Shown: positions 43,692-54,600, numbered from the stretch's first letter. The stretch is 64,000 nucleotides of DNA from an uncultured Acidobacteriota bacterium (GCA_963729875.1 CAVSPR010000002.1:287082-351081); one strand, 5' to 3'. Made by a program: numbers and translations. Notes: a model not told the origin generated them from the sequence alone.

Positions 43692-45071
43692 ATGGACACC
43701 GGGGAAAGAGCGGGACGTGCGGGCGGATGGAGCCGGCTGGGCCTCGCGACCGCGGGTCTCGTGGCCCTCGGGGCGCTCGTCGCTTCCCTGGCGTGGGCCG
43801 TCGAGTGGCCCGTGGCCGGCCTGCTCGGCCGCTGGACGCTCGTCGCCGGCCTCGCGCTCTGGGCGTACGGGCGGCGCTCCCTCACCGCCTGGATCCTCTT
43901 CTCGATGGTGGTGGGCGCCGAGATCGGCCACGACTGGCCGCAAACCGCCGTGGCCATGCGCCTCCTCAGCCAGATCTTCATACGGATGATCAAGACGATC
44001 ATCGCCCCGCTGCTCTTCGCGACGCTCGTCGTCGGGATCGCCGGCCACCCGAACCTGCGGCACGTGGGGCGGATGGGCATCAAGGCGCTCGTCTACTTCG
44101 AGGTCGTCACCACACTCGCCCTCTTCATCGGGCTCGCCGCCATCAACCTCACGAAGGCGGGCGTGGGCGTGCAGCCGCCGGAGGGCCTGCAGCCCGCCGG
44201 GGTCTCTGCCCCGAGGCAGGCGGTCAGCGACGTCATCCTCCACGCCTTCCCGGAGAACGTCGCGAAGTCGGTGGCGGAGGGGCAGGTCCTGCAGATCGTC
44301 GTCTTCAGCGTGCTCTTCGCGGTCGCGCTCTCGCTCCTGTCCGACGAGAAGCGCCGGCCCCTGCTCGCCCTCGCGGAGTCGCTGGCCGCCACCATGTTCA
44401 AGTTCACGAACCTGGTGATGCTCTTCGCACCGGTCGGCGTGGGCGCGGCGATCGCCTACACGGTGGGGCACATGGGCCTCGGCATCCTCGTGAACCTCGC
44501 CAAGGCCCTGGCGACGTTCTACCTGGCGCTCCTCTCGTTCCTGGTGCTGGTGCTCCTGCCGATCGCCCTCGTCGCGAAGGTGCCGATCCGGCGCTTCCTG
44601 AAGGCCATCGCCGAGCCGGTCTCGATCGCCTTCGCCACCACGAGCTCGGAGGCGGCGCTGCCCCTCGCGATGGAGCGCATGGAGGAGTTCGGCGTGCCGC
44701 GGCAGACCGTGGCCTTCGTCATGCCTACCGGCTACAGCTTCAACCTCGACGGCTCGACGCTCTACCTCGCCCTCGCGTCCGTGTTCGTGGCCCAGGCCGC
44801 CGACATCCACCTCTCCTTCGCGCAGCAGCTGATGATCGTCTTCATGCTCATGATCACGAGCAAGGGTGTCGCCGGGGTGCCGCGGGCCGTGCTCGTGATC
44901 CTGATGGGCACCGCGTCGTCCTTCGGGCTGCCCGAGTGGCCGATCCTCGCCCTCCTCGGCATCGACGAGCTCATGGACATGGCCCGCACCTCGGTCAACG
45001 TCATCGGCAACTGCCTCGCCACGGTCGTCGTCGCCCGGTGGGAGGGGGAGTACCCGCCGCCCGGGAGGTGA
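43692..45071 (+). CDS. dicarboxylate/amino acid:cation symporter (DAACS; GltP/DctA family)
   Basis: ATG 43692 (SD ggagg) in ORF 43530..45071. IRMIKTIIAPLLFATLVVGIAG, FATTSSEAALP, MPTGYSFNLDGSTLY, ITSKGVAGVP. Confidence 0.92.
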   Translation: MDTGERAGRAGGWSRLGLATAGLVALGALVASLAWAVEWPVAGLLGRWTLVAGLALWAYGRRSLTAWILFSMVVGAEIGHDWPQTAVAMRLLSQIFIRMIKTIIAPLLFATLVVGIAGHPNLRHVGRMGIKALVYFEVVTTLALFIGLAAINLTKAGVGVQPPEGLQPAGVSAPRQAVSDVILHAFPENVAKSVAEGQVLQIVVFSVLFAVALSLLSDEKRRPLLALAESLAATMFKFTNLVMLFAPVGVGAAIAYTVGHMGLGILVNLAKALATFYLALLSFLVLVLLPIALVAKVPIRRFLKAIAEPVSIAFATTSSEAALPLAMERMEEFGVPRQTVAFVMPTGYSFNLDGSTLYLALASVFVAQAADIHLSFAQQLMIVFMLMITSKGVAGVPRAVLVILMGTASSFGLPEWPILALLGIDELMDMARTSVNVIGNCLATVVVARWEGEYPPPGR

Positions 45072-46453
45072 CCGTGGAGCCGTTCCGCCACCACGTCTAC
45101 GTCTGCGACCAGAAGAAGCCCGAGGGGGTGCCGTCGTGCTCCGCCCGCGGCGCGGGGGCCGTTCTCGACGCGCTGCGCCGGGAGATCGCGGCGCAGGGCC
45201 TCTCGGACTCGGTGCAGCTGACCACCTGCGGCTCGCTCGGCCTGTGCGAGCGCGGGCCCAACATCGTCGTCTACCCCGAGGGGGACTGGTACTCGGGCGT
45301 GCGCCCGGAGGACGTGCCGGAGATCGTGCGCGAGCACCTGGGCCGGGGCCGCCCCGTGGCTCGCCTGGTGAGCGGTCACCCCGCCGCCCTGCAGGCCGAG
45401 ATCGCGACGAGCCGCGGGAAGGCCCAGGCCGCCCTCGCGGCGCGGGACGCCGCTGGCGTCGTGCCGGACGAGATCGCGGTGCCGCTGCGCGCGTTCATGG
45501 AGAGCCGCGTGCTCCTCACCGCCCTCGAGCTCGACGTGTTCAGCGCCGTCGGCGCGGGAGCGGCGGCGGCGGCGGTGGCCCGCACCTGCGGGGCGGACTC
45601 CGGCGCCGCCGAGCGCCTCCTCGATTCGCTCGTCGCCCTCGGCTTCCTCGGCAAGCGGGACGGCGTCTTCGCGAACACGGCTCTCTCCGCGCGCTTCCTC
45701 GCCGCCGGCTCGCGCGACGACGCCCGGGACGCGCTGAAGCACAACCTCAGCCTCTGGCAGCGCTGGTCCACGCTCACCGAAGCCGTCCGCGCCGGTCACG
45801 CCGTCGGCGCCTCGGAGATGGCGGAGCGCGGCGAGGACTGGACGGTGCCGTTCATCGCCGCCATGCACCGCGGGGCGGCGGAGCGGGCGCCCCTCGTCGT
45901 GAGTGCGGTCGGGGCGGAAGGCGTGCGCCGGATGCTCGACGTGGGCGGGGGATCGGGGGCCTACTCGATCGCCTTCGCCCGCGCGAGCGCGACCCTCCAG
46001 GCCGAGGTCCTCGACTTGCCGGCGGTCCTCCCGATCGCCTCCCGGCACGCGGCCGAGGCGGGCCTCGCCGACCGCGTGAGCACGCGCGCCGGCGACCTGC
46101 GCGCCGACGACCTCGGCTCGGGATACGACCTCGTGCTCCTGTCCTCCATCTGCCACATGCTCGGGCCGGACGAGAACCGCGACCTGCTGTCCCGCGCCGC
46201 CCGCGCCCTCGCCCCGGGCGGCCGCGTGGTGGTGTCCGACTTCATGCTGGACGAGGACGGCACCGCGCCCCGCCAGGCGGTGCTCTTCTCCCTCAACATG
46301 CTCGTCGGCACGCCCTCGGGCCGCTCCTACCGGGAGTCGGAGTACGCGGCCTGGCTGGAGGCGGTCGGCCTCGCCGTGGTCGAGCGCGTACGCCTGCCGG
46401 GGCCGGCCCATCTCATGGTCGGAAGGGCCGGTCCTCCCGCCGCCCGCCCATGA
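45068..46453 (+). CDS. fusion protein: thioredoxin-like [2Fe-2S] ferredoxin domain + family-2 O-methyltransferase (dimerisation + SAM domains)
   Basis: GTG 45068 (GTGA overlap with the transporter stop) in ORF 43289..46453. N-terminus FRHHVYVCDQKKPEGVPSC...CGSLGLCERGPNIVVYPEGDWY. C-terminus LDVGGGSGAYSIAF...VLLSSICHMLG...GGRVVVSDFMLDED. Confidence 0.85.
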   Translation: MTVEPFRHHVYVCDQKKPEGVPSCSARGAGAVLDALRREIAAQGLSDSVQLTTCGSLGLCERGPNIVVYPEGDWYSGVRPEDVPEIVREHLGRGRPVARLVSGHPAALQAEIATSRGKAQAALAARDAAGVVPDEIAVPLRAFMESRVLLTALELDVFSAVGAGAAAAAVARTCGADSGAAERLLDSLVALGFLGKRDGVFANTALSARFLAAGSRDDARDALKHNLSLWQRWSTLTEAVRAGHAVGASEMAERGEDWTVPFIAAMHRGAAERAPLVVSAVGAEGVRRMLDVGGGSGAYSIAFARASATLQAEVLDLPAVLPIASRHAAEAGLADRVSTRAGDLRADDLGSGYDLVLLSSICHMLGPDENRDLLSRAARALAPGGRVVVSDFMLDEDGTAPRQAVLFSLNMLVGTPSGRSYRESEYAAWLEAVGLAVVERVRLPGPAHLMVGRAGPPAARP

Positions 46454-47912
46454 GGAGGCCGCCGCCGCCGAGGGCGATGAAGATGGCCGCCTGGACCGCG
46501 GTCCGGGCCTGGACCGGCGTCGAGGAGAAGGCGACGTAGAGGAAGACGCCGCCGACGAGCAGCACCGCCGCGTAGACGCCGCGCATGACCGCCCGGGCCC
46601 GGCGGCGCGTCTCCTCGGTGTCGGCGCCGAATCGGCGGGCGAAGAGGACGAGTCCGGCGGCCGCGACCACGTCGAGCACGGCGAAGAGCAGCCAGAACTC
46701 CCGCGCGCGGCCGTCCGCCTCCGGCGTGCCGAGGGCCGGCTTCAGCATCCGCTCGTAGAGGAAGGCACCGAGGCTCGAGCCGAGGAGCGAGCCGAAGACG
46801 CCGTAGAGGAAGGCGTAGCCCATGTAGACAGCCTTGCGGTCGGCGGGCGCCACCTGGCCGACGAAGCTGTAGTACTTCGGGTGCGCCGTCATCTCGCCGA
46901 TCGAGAAGACCGCGATGCCGAGGACGAAGACCCACGGGTTGCGCGAGGAGGCGAGGAGCAGGAAGCCGACCGCCCCGAGCGCCATGCCGGTCACCATCGT
47001 CGGGAGGGGCTTCCAGTCCTTCACCAGCCGGCTGATCAGCACCTGCAGCAGGATGATCGTGCCCGCGTTGATGACGGTGACGTGCTCGGCGTCGAAGGTG
47101 AAGGTCCAGGGCAGGCCGAGCGCCCGCAGGAGCGACGTCAGCGCCGCGCTGACCGGCGCTCTGTCGACGAAGTCGCGCAGGTACCACAGCACCGACCCGA
47201 AGTTCTGGAAGTAGAGGACCCAGAAGCCCGAGTACACGACGATCATCAGCATGAAGCGGGAGTCGGCCAGCACCTCGGCCGCGCCCATCAGCACCTCCCG
47301 CAGCGCCTTCGTGGAGGGCGGCCGCGGCGGGTCGCGGAAGACGAGGGCGGCCGGCAGGAGCATGAGGCCCGTGTAGAGCGCCGAGGCCACGAACACGTAG
47401 CGCCAGGAGAAGCCCTTCAGGACGCTCACCACGAGGGGCGCGAGGAACGCCCCCAGGTTGATCATCCAGTAGTAGATGCCGAAGCCGAAGGCCGAGTTCG
47501 ACTCGTCGGTGGTGCGGGCGATGGTGCCGGAAATGATCGGCTTGAAGAGTCCCGACCCCGTGGCCATGACGAGGAGGGCGAGGAACACGAGCCCGTAGCT
47601 GGAAACCTGGCCGGCCGCGAAGTAGCCGGCGGCGAGGAGGGAGAAGGCCACGAGCAGCATCCGCCGGTAACCGTAGCGGTCGGCGAGGGCCCCGCCCAGG
47701 ATCGGCAGGACGTAGGTGGCGGCGTACACGATGCTCTGGAGGAACCCGACCGACTCCTCGCGGAAGCCGAGGCCGCCCTCGGCGACGGAGCCGGCCAGGT
47801 AGACCGCCAGCACGGAGTTCATCCCGTAGTAGGCGCCCCGCTCGAACAGCTCCATCACGTTCGCCACCCAGAAGGTGGAGGGGAAGGAGCTGCGGGGCGT
47901 GGTCACGCTCAT
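46413..47912 (-). CDS. POT/PTR2 family proton-dependent (oligo)peptide MFS transporter
   Basis: ATG 47912 in ORF 46413..48851. FWVANVMELFERGAYYGMNSVLAVYL, GGALADRYGYRRML, GSGLFKPIISGTIA. About 14 TM segments. Convergent 41-nt overlap with the methyltransferase gene. Confidence 0.88.
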   Translation of the reverse strand: MSVTTPRSSFPSTFWVANVMELFERGAYYGMNSVLAVYLAGSVAEGGLGFREESVGFLQSIVYAATYVLPILGGALADRYGYRRMLLVAFSLLAAGYFAAGQVSSYGLVFLALLVMATGSGLFKPIISGTIARTTDESNSAFGFGIYYWMINLGAFLAPLVVSVLKGFSWRYVFVASALYTGLMLLPAALVFRDPPRPPSTKALREVLMGAAEVLADSRFMLMIVVYSGFWVLYFQNFGSVLWYLRDFVDRAPVSAALTSLLRALGLPWTFTFDAEHVTVINAGTIILLQVLISRLVKDWKPLPTMVTGMALGAVGFLLLASSRNPWVFVLGIAVFSIGEMTAHPKYYSFVGQVAPADRKAVYMGYAFLYGVFGSLLGSSLGAFLYERMLKPALGTPEADGRAREFWLLFAVLDVVAAAGLVLFARRFGADTEETRRRARAVMRGVYAAVLLVGGVFLYVAFSSTPVQARTAVQAAIFIALGGGGLLMGGRREDRPFRP

Positions 47913-47929
47913 GTCGTCTCCTCCCGCCG

Positions 47930-48829
47930 TCAGGCGAGGGCCTGCCGCACCTCGTCCAGGAAGCGGCGCACCTTCTCGCGGGGGTCGCCCGGCCCCAGCG
48001 TCTCGATCGGCGCGTACCCGCGGTAGCCGGCCGCCTTCAGGATCCCGAAGACGCGCCTCACGTCGGTCTTCTCCTCCTGCCCCTTCCGGAAGAGCCGTTC
48101 CTTGATCTGCCAGGTGCACGCGTGGGGCGCCAGGCGGGCGATCTCCTCGTAGGGGTCCCCGGTGCGCAGGCTGCCGACGTCCACGTTCAGGGCGAACCAG
48201 TCGGAGGCCACGCGCTCGCGGACCGCGAGCACCTCGGCCGCGGTCTTGAGCAGCTCGTCGTGGTTCTGGAATGCGATCATCACCCCGTGCCGCCCGCCGA
48301 GGGCGGCGCAGGCCCCGAGGGCGTCGATCACCCAGCCGGTCATCTGCTCGCGGCTCGGACCCTTCGCCTCGCCCCGCCCGTCGAAGACGCGCAGGACGGG
48401 AGCGCCCAGCTTCGCCGCCACCTCCACCCACCGGCCGACGTGGGCGACGTCCGCCTCCCGCTTCGCGGGGTCGGGCACCGTGAAGTCGTTCCGGATGCCC
48501 GTGCCGCTGATGTCCAGGCCGCTCAGGAACGCCCTCCGCTTGACCGCGTGGAGGTACGCGTCGGCCGGGGGCTCCGGGTGGCCGGGGAAGTAGTAGCCGG
48601 TCGGGTCCACCGCGTCGAACCCGAGCTCGGCGCAGAAGTCGATCACCTGCTCGAGCGACATCTCCCCGCTGCGCAGCGGCCCGTTGAAGGAGTAGAGGTT
48701 GCAGCTGAGCTTGATCTTCGCGCGGTGGGGGCCGGGGTCGGAAGCCGCCGCCCGCGCCCGGGGCGCGGTTGCGAGGAGGGCGGCGGCCCCGAGAAAGGCT
48801 CGCCGACCGCCGCTCGGATCCTGGGTCAT
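47930..48829 (-). CDS. xylose-isomerase-like TIM-barrel protein (sugar phosphate isomerase/epimerase family) with Tat signal
   Basis: 299 aa. Twin-arginine signal GGRRAFLGAAALLATAPRARA. AP-endonuclease-2/TIM-barrel blocks (FDAVDPTGYY, VLRVFDG, IAFQNHDE). Confidence 0.8.
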   Translation of the reverse strand: MTQDPSGGRRAFLGAAALLATAPRARAAASDPGPHRAKIKLSCNLYSFNGPLRSGEMSLEQVIDFCAELGFDAVDPTGYYFPGHPEPPADAYLHAVKRRAFLSGLDISGTGIRNDFTVPDPAKREADVAHVGRWVEVAAKLGAPVLRVFDGRGEAKGPSREQMTGWVIDALGACAALGGRHGVMIAFQNHDELLKTAAEVLAVRERVASDWFALNVDVGSLRTGDPYEEIARLAPHACTWQIKERLFRKGQEEKTDVRRVFGILKAAGYRGYAPIETLGPGDPREKVRRFLDEVRQALA

Positions 48830-48929
48830 GGGTCTCTCCGTTGCGTCGCAAACGGAGTGTACGTCAGGCGGGTCCGGGGGGGCGGCGCCCGCCGACCCGT
48901 AGCCAGGCTCGGCCCGGTCCGGCCGGAGC

Positions 48930-50351
48930 TCAGTCCGTCGCTTTCTCGTCGAGCAGCTCGCCGCCCGGGCCCACGAGGCTGAGCTTGACCGGCACCATGC
49001 CGAGGGCGTGGGTCGAACAGCTGAGGCAGGGGTCGTAGGCCCGCACCAGCGCCGAGACGCGGTTGAGGGCGCCCTCCTCGAGCTTGCGGCCGTTGACGAA
49101 CCGCTTCGCCACCTGCTCGACGCCCTTGCCGATCGCGAGATTGTTGTGGCCCGTCGCCACGATCAGGTTGGCCCACACCATCGCGCCGTCGTCGTTCACC
49201 TTGTAGTGGTGTATGAGGGTGCCGCGAGGCGCCTCGATGATGCCGACGCCCACCGGGCTGTTCACCCCCGCCGTCGCGCGCACCTTGGTGGAGAGGATCG
49301 CGGGGTCGTCCAGCAGCTCCTTCATCCGCTCGAGGGCGTAGGTCGCCTCGATGAGGCGCGCGTAGTGGTAGTGGAAGCCGCTCTGCACGATGCGGCCGAA
49401 CCTCTGGCGGTACTCCTCGAGCTCCTTGTCCGCCTCCGGGGTCCCGCAGCGGTCGGCGGCGTTCAGCCGGGCGAGCGGGCCGACCCGGTAGATGCCCTCG
49501 GGGTAGCCGACGGGCTTGTAGTACGGGGCCTTCAGGTACGAATCGGCCATCGCCGCCTCGCCGATGTGGACCGCGTAGTCGTCGGGGCTCACCTGGTCGG
49601 CCACCATCTGGCCCTCGGGGCCCACGAATCGCAGCTTCCCGTCGTAGAGGCGGAGCGACCCGTCGGGGCCCACCAGGCCGGCGTACATGGTCGGAAAGTT
49701 GCTGAAGCTCGAGATCTCGTTCGGGAAGTGGTCGAGCGTCTTCTTCCACAGCTCGAGCGTCCGCCGGACGATCGCCTGCGCGGCGGGCAGCTCGGCGAGC
49801 GTCTTCTCGTGGGCGTGCGGGTCGAGGGGCGCGTTCACGCCGCCGGGCACCGTCCACGACGGGTGCACGCGCTCCTTCGCGAGGCGCTCGATGACCTGCT
49901 GGCCGAACTTGCGCAGCGCGATCCCGTCGCGCAGGGCGTCGGGGTGCTCCTCGAGGAGGCCCGCCACGTTGCGCTTCGCGGGGTCGTAGTCCATCCCCAG
50001 GAGGAGGTCGGGGGCGGAGAGGTGGAAGAAGGAGAGCGCGTGCGACTGCACGAACTGGGCGCAGTGGAGGAGCTCCCGGAGCTTCGCCGCGGCGGCGGGG
50101 ATCCGCACCGCCATGATCTCGTCGCAGGCCTTCACCGAGGCGAGGAGGTGGCTCACCGGGCAGATGCCGCAGATGCGGGCGGTGATGGACGGCATCTCGT
50201 AGTACGGCCGGCCCTCGGTGAACTTCTCGAAGCCCCGGATCTGGGTGACGTGGAACTGCGTCCCCGTGACCTGCCCCTCGTCGTCCAGGCGGATCGTGAT
50301 CTTCGCGTGACCCTCGATGCGCGAGACGGGGTGGATCGTGATCTTCTTCAT
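48930..50351 (-). CDS. hoxH: [NiFe] hydrogenase large subunit, bidirectional NAD(P)-linked type (HoxH)
   Basis: ATG 50351 in ORF 48930..50483. MKKITIHPVSRIEGH, N-terminal RICGICPVSH and C-terminal DPCLSCSTH Ni-Fe ligand motifs. Confidence 0.93.
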   Translation of the reverse strand: MKKITIHPVSRIEGHAKITIRLDDEGQVTGTQFHVTQIRGFEKFTEGRPYYEMPSITARICGICPVSHLLASVKACDEIMAVRIPAAAAKLRELLHCAQFVQSHALSFFHLSAPDLLLGMDYDPAKRNVAGLLEEHPDALRDGIALRKFGQQVIERLAKERVHPSWTVPGGVNAPLDPHAHEKTLAELPAAQAIVRRTLELWKKTLDHFPNEISSFSNFPTMYAGLVGPDGSLRLYDGKLRFVGPEGQMVADQVSPDDYAVHIGEAAMADSYLKAPYYKPVGYPEGIYRVGPLARLNAADRCGTPEADKELEEYRQRFGRIVQSGFHYHYARLIEATYALERMKELLDDPAILSTKVRATAGVNSPVGVGIIEAPRGTLIHHYKVNDDGAMVWANLIVATGHNNLAIGKGVEQVAKRFVNGRKLEEGALNRVSALVRAYDPCLSCSTHALGMVPVKLSLVGPGGELLDEKATD

Positions 50352-50406
50352 CGCTGGTCTCCCGGCCGTCACCGGCACCTTGCCCTTCCCCCGCGTCGCC
50401 ATCGCG

Positions 50407-50937
50407 CTACCCGAACCGCAGCTTCGAGCCGAGGTCGGGCTTCCTGCCCTCGAGCAGCTCGCTGAGCACGAGGAGGATCGCATTGGGTTTCGGGGGGCAT
50501 CCGGGGACGTGGATGTCGACCTTCACCACCTCGTGCAGGGGCACCGCCTTCTTGAGGAGCGGCGGGACGCCGTCGGTGGGCACGCCGGGCTTGACGTCGG
50601 CCCCCTCGACGTAGACCCGCTCGAGCAGCTTGCGGGTGGCGATCCCGTTCCGCATCGACGGCACGTTGCTCGTCACCGCGCAGTCCCCGAGGGCCACCAC
50701 GACCTTGCTGCGGGCCCTCGCCAGCTGGGCCAGCTTGAGGTCGTCCTGGCTGCTCACCGCGCCCTCGATCACCGCGACGTCCACCCCCTCCGGCCACTCC
50801 TGCGCGTCCACGAGGGGTCCGAAGACGATCTCCGCCTTGTTGAGGACGGCCACGATCCCCTCGTCCACGTCGAGGAGCGACATGTGGCAGCCGGAGCAGC
50901 CGTCGAGCCAGCAGGTCCCGAGCCGCACCTTGCCCAT
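50407..50937 (-). CDS. hoxY: [NiFe] hydrogenase small subunit (HoxY)
   Basis: ATG 50937 in the tail of ORF 50407..51345. MGKVRLGTCWLDGCSGCHMSLLD...GDCA...VPGCPP. 176 aa. Confidence 0.9.
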   Translation of the reverse strand: MGKVRLGTCWLDGCSGCHMSLLDVDEGIVAVLNKAEIVFGPLVDAQEWPEGVDVAVIEGAVSSQDDLKLAQLARARSKVVVALGDCAVTSNVPSMRNGIATRKLLERVYVEGADVKPGVPTDGVPPLLKKAVPLHEVVKVDIHVPGCPPKPNAILLVLSELLEGRKPDLGSKLRFG

Positions 50938-51644
50938 CACCGGCCTCCCCGCATCGCGGTCAGGCGGCTCACCACCTGGCCGTGCTTGGTCATCTCCTCG
51001 ACCCCCCAGCCCTTCTCGGCCATGGCCCCGGTGGGGCAGGCCTGCACGCACTTGCCGCAGCTCGTGCAGGTGCGGGCCTCGCCCCACGTCCGCTTCAGCT
51101 CGCTCACCAGCCGCGACTGGATTCCGCGGGCCGCGATGTCCCAGACGTGGGCTCCCTCGATCTCGGCGCAGGTCCGCACGCAGCGCGAGCAGAGCACGCA
51201 GCGGTTGTGGTCGAGGACGTACCTCGGGTGGGAGGTGTCCACCGGGAGGCGGGGGTAGTTGTAGGGGTACCGCACGTGCGTCACCCCGTGGTCCTGGGCG
51301 AGGGCCTGCAGCTCGCAGTGCCCGCTCGAGACGCACACCGCGCACACGTGGTTCCGCTCGCAGAAGAGCAGCTCGAGCGCGATCTTGCGGTAGGCCTGCA
51401 GCTGCGGCGACGTGGTGGTGACGGCCATGCCGTCCTGCGCGGGCGTCGTACAGGCGGGGAGCAGGCGCGAGATCCCCTGGACCTCCACCATGCAGAGCCG
51501 GCAGGCGCCGACCGCGGTGAGGCCCTCCATGTAGCAGAGGGCGGGGATGTACTTGTTCGCGGCCCGCGCCACCTGGAGGACGCTCTGCCCGGGGCTCGCG
51601 GCCACGAACTCGCCGTCGATCCGGACCTTCAGCTTCTGGGTCAC
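50937..51644 (-). CDS. hoxU: diaphorase FeS subunit HoxU (NuoG-N-terminal-like: 2Fe-2S + 4Fe-4S clusters)
   Basis: 235 aa. CYMEGLTAVGACRLCMVEV, CERNHVCAVCVSSGHCELQ, CVLCSRCVRTC, CTSCGKCVQACPTGA. Confidence 0.92.
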   Translation of the reverse strand: MTQKLKVRIDGEFVAASPGQSVLQVARAANKYIPALCYMEGLTAVGACRLCMVEVQGISRLLPACTTPAQDGMAVTTTSPQLQAYRKIALELLFCERNHVCAVCVSSGHCELQALAQDHGVTHVRYPYNYPRLPVDTSHPRYVLDHNRCVLCSRCVRTCAEIEGAHVWDIAARGIQSRLVSELKRTWGEARTCTSCGKCVQACPTGAMAEKGWGVEEMTKHGQVVSRLTAMRGGR

Positions 51645-51657
51645 GCCGGGGCCTCCT

Positions 51658-54600
51658 TCAGTTGTCTTCGCCGCGGACGTCGCACCGCAGGCAGCGCGAC
51701 GTCTCTTCCAGGGCCGCGGCGGGGACGAGGCCGAGCGACACCTCGACGCTCGACTTCACCCGCTCCGCGGCTGCTCTCTCGCCCGGGACCTGGCGAGGGC
51801 TTTCGCTCTGCCTCTCCGGCGGCTCCATCGCGTACTCGAACGGCGGCCAGAGGGAGTCGACGCGCTTCACGCCCATGAGCCGCTTGTCGATCTTGCGGGC
51901 GGCCTGCCTCCCGTAGCGCATGGCCCTCGTGACGTTCGAGGCCCCGGTGACGAGGTCGCCCCCCGCGTAGAAGCGCTCGCGGCTCGTCTCCATCGAGTAA
52001 CGGTCGACCTCGACGGTGCCCGACTCCTTGAGCTTCAGCCCGGAGCTCTTCGTGAAGCCCGGGTCGACCTTCTCGCCGACGGCGAGAATCACGGTGTTGC
52101 AGTCCACGCGGACGACCTCGTCGGTGGGAACGGGCCGGCGGCGGCCCGAGGTGTCGAACTCGCCGAGCTTCGTCTTCACCACTTCGATCCCCTTCACCGC
52201 CCCCTGCTTGTCGCCCAGGATCCGGTGGGGGGAGGCGAGGAAGAGAAACTGCACGCCCTCGTGCTCGGCCGCCTCGATCTCGTCCGGGATCGCCGGCATG
52301 TCCTTCCGCTCGCGGCGGTAGATCACGGTGACCTCGGAGCCCCTGCGCCGGGCGGTGCGGGCGGCGTCGATCGCGGCGTTGCCGCCCCCGATCACCACCA
52401 CCCTTCGGCCGACCGGCAGCGTCTCGTCGCGGGCGACGCCCTCGAGGAAGGGCAGGGCGTGCAGGACACCGGCGAGCTCGGTGCCCGGCAGCTGGACGTG
52501 GCTCTCCTTCCAGGTCCCGATCGCGAGGAAGACGGCGTCGTACTGGTGGGCGAGGTCGTTCAGGCCGACGCCGTCCCCGACCGGCGAGCTGAGCTGGAAC
52601 CGGACGCCCACCCGCTCGATGAGCTCCAGCTCCTTCGCGAGGACCGCCTTGGGAAGGCGATACTCCGGCAGCGCGTAGCGGAGCATGCCGCCCGCCTCCG
52701 GCCGCGAGTCGAAGACGGTGACGGCGTGGCCGAGGAGCGCGAGGTAGTAGGCGCAGGTGAGGCCGGCCGGCCCCGCGCCCACGACCGCGACCTCGCGGCC
52801 GGTGGGCTCCTTCTTGAGCGCGACCAGCCTCTCCACCATCGGCTCGAACTTGTCGGAGAGGAGCACGGAGTCGGCGATCGTCCGGTGCACGTCCCGCATG
52901 TTCACGGGCTCGTCCACCGCCGCGCGCCGGCAGCGGTCCTCGCACGGGTGCTGGCAGACGCGCCCGGTGGAGGCGGGGAGCGGGTTGTCGAGGATCACCG
53001 AGAGGAAGGCGTCCTCGAGCTTGCCCTCCTTGTAGAGCTGGAGGAACCGCGGGATGTTCATGTGGATCGGGCACGAGTTCTCGCAGGGGCTGACCGCGAG
53101 GTCCTCGCACACCCCGGCCCGGCAGCGCTTGACGCGGATGTGGTCCTCGAACTCGTTGCGGAAGTGCCGCAGGGTGGTGAGCACGGGGTTCGGGGCGCTC
53201 TGGCCGAGCCCGCAGAGCGAGGTGTCGCGCACCATGCGGCACAGCTCGTCCAGGGAGTCGAGGTCGGCCAGGGTGCCGTTGCCCTCGGTGATGCGGTTCA
53301 GCATCCGCAGGGCCTTGTCGAGGCCCACCCGGCAGGGGACGCACTTCCCGCAGCTCTCCGAGTGGGTGAACTCGATGAAGAAGCGGGCCACGTCCACCAT
53401 GCAGTTGTCTTCGTCCATCACGACCATGCCGCCGGAGCCCATGATCGAGCCGATCTGGGCGAGGCTCTCGTAGTCGACGGCGGTGTCGAACATGTCGGCG
53501 GGGATGCAGCCGCCGGACGGCCCGCCCGTCTGGATGGCCTTGATCTCGCGGCCGTCGGTGCCGCCCGCGCCGATGTCGTAGACGAACTTCGCGATGGGCG
53601 TCCCGAGCGGCATCTCCACGAGGCCGGTGCTGTGCACCTTGCCCACGAGGGAGAAGACCTTGGTGCCCGGGCTCTTGGCGCTGCCGGTCCCGGTGAACCA
53701 GACCGGGCCCTTGGACACGATGGGGGCGACGTTGTACCAGGTCTCGACGTTGTTGATGTTGGTGGGCTTGCCCCAGAGGCCCTTCTGCGCCGGGAACGGC
53801 GGGCGCGGGCGCGGGCGGCCGGAGTGGCCCTCGAGGGACGCGATGAGCGCCGTCTCCTCGCCACAGACGAAGGCGCCCGCCCCCTCCACGAGCTCGACGT
53901 CGAACTTGAAGCCGCGGCCGAGGACGTTGTCGCCGAGGACGCCGTACGCCCGGGCCTGCTCGATCGCGTGCTCGAGCCGCAGCACGGCGAGCGGGTACTC
54001 GGCGCGCACGTAGAGGATGCCCTTCGACGTGCCGGTGACGTAGCCGGCGATCGCCATGCCCTCGAGGAGCGAGTGGGGGTCGCTCTCGATCTCGTTGCGG
54101 TTCATGTAGGCGCCGGGGTCCCCCTCGTCCGCGTTGCAGACGAGGTACTTCTCGGGGCCGGCCGCCGCGCGGAGGAACTCCCACTTGTTGCCGGTCAGGT
54201 AGCCGGCCCCGCCCCGCCCGCGGAGCTTGGCCGCCTTCACCTGCTCGATGACGGCCCCCGGGTTGGCGTCGATCAGGACCTTGTAGAGGGCCTGGTAGCC
54301 GCCGACCGCGATGTACTCCTCGATGTCGTCGGGGTTGAGGAGGCCGCAGTTTCGGAGGACGATCTTGACCTGGCCCTTGAAGAACGGCACCTCGTGCCAG
54401 TGGGGCAGCTCCGGGTAGCCGTACCCGTACTTCACGTGGCCGGTGAGGTGGTCCCACTCCTCGATCTTGCAGAGCACGAGCTCGGGGGGCGGGACCTTCC
54501 CCTGGCCCAGGCCGCCGAGGATGGCGTCGACGTGGTTCGGCTGCACGCGCCGGAGGATCAGGAGCGGCCGGCCCGGGACCCACACGTTGACGAGCGGCTC

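Noticed and set aside
43289-45067. N-terminal 590 codons of the 1054-aa ORF 43289..46453
   Set aside because: This part runs off-frame across the corrinoid-protein and DAACS transporter genes. Only the portion from GTG 45068 shows real domains (2Fe-2S ferredoxin plus O-methyltransferase).
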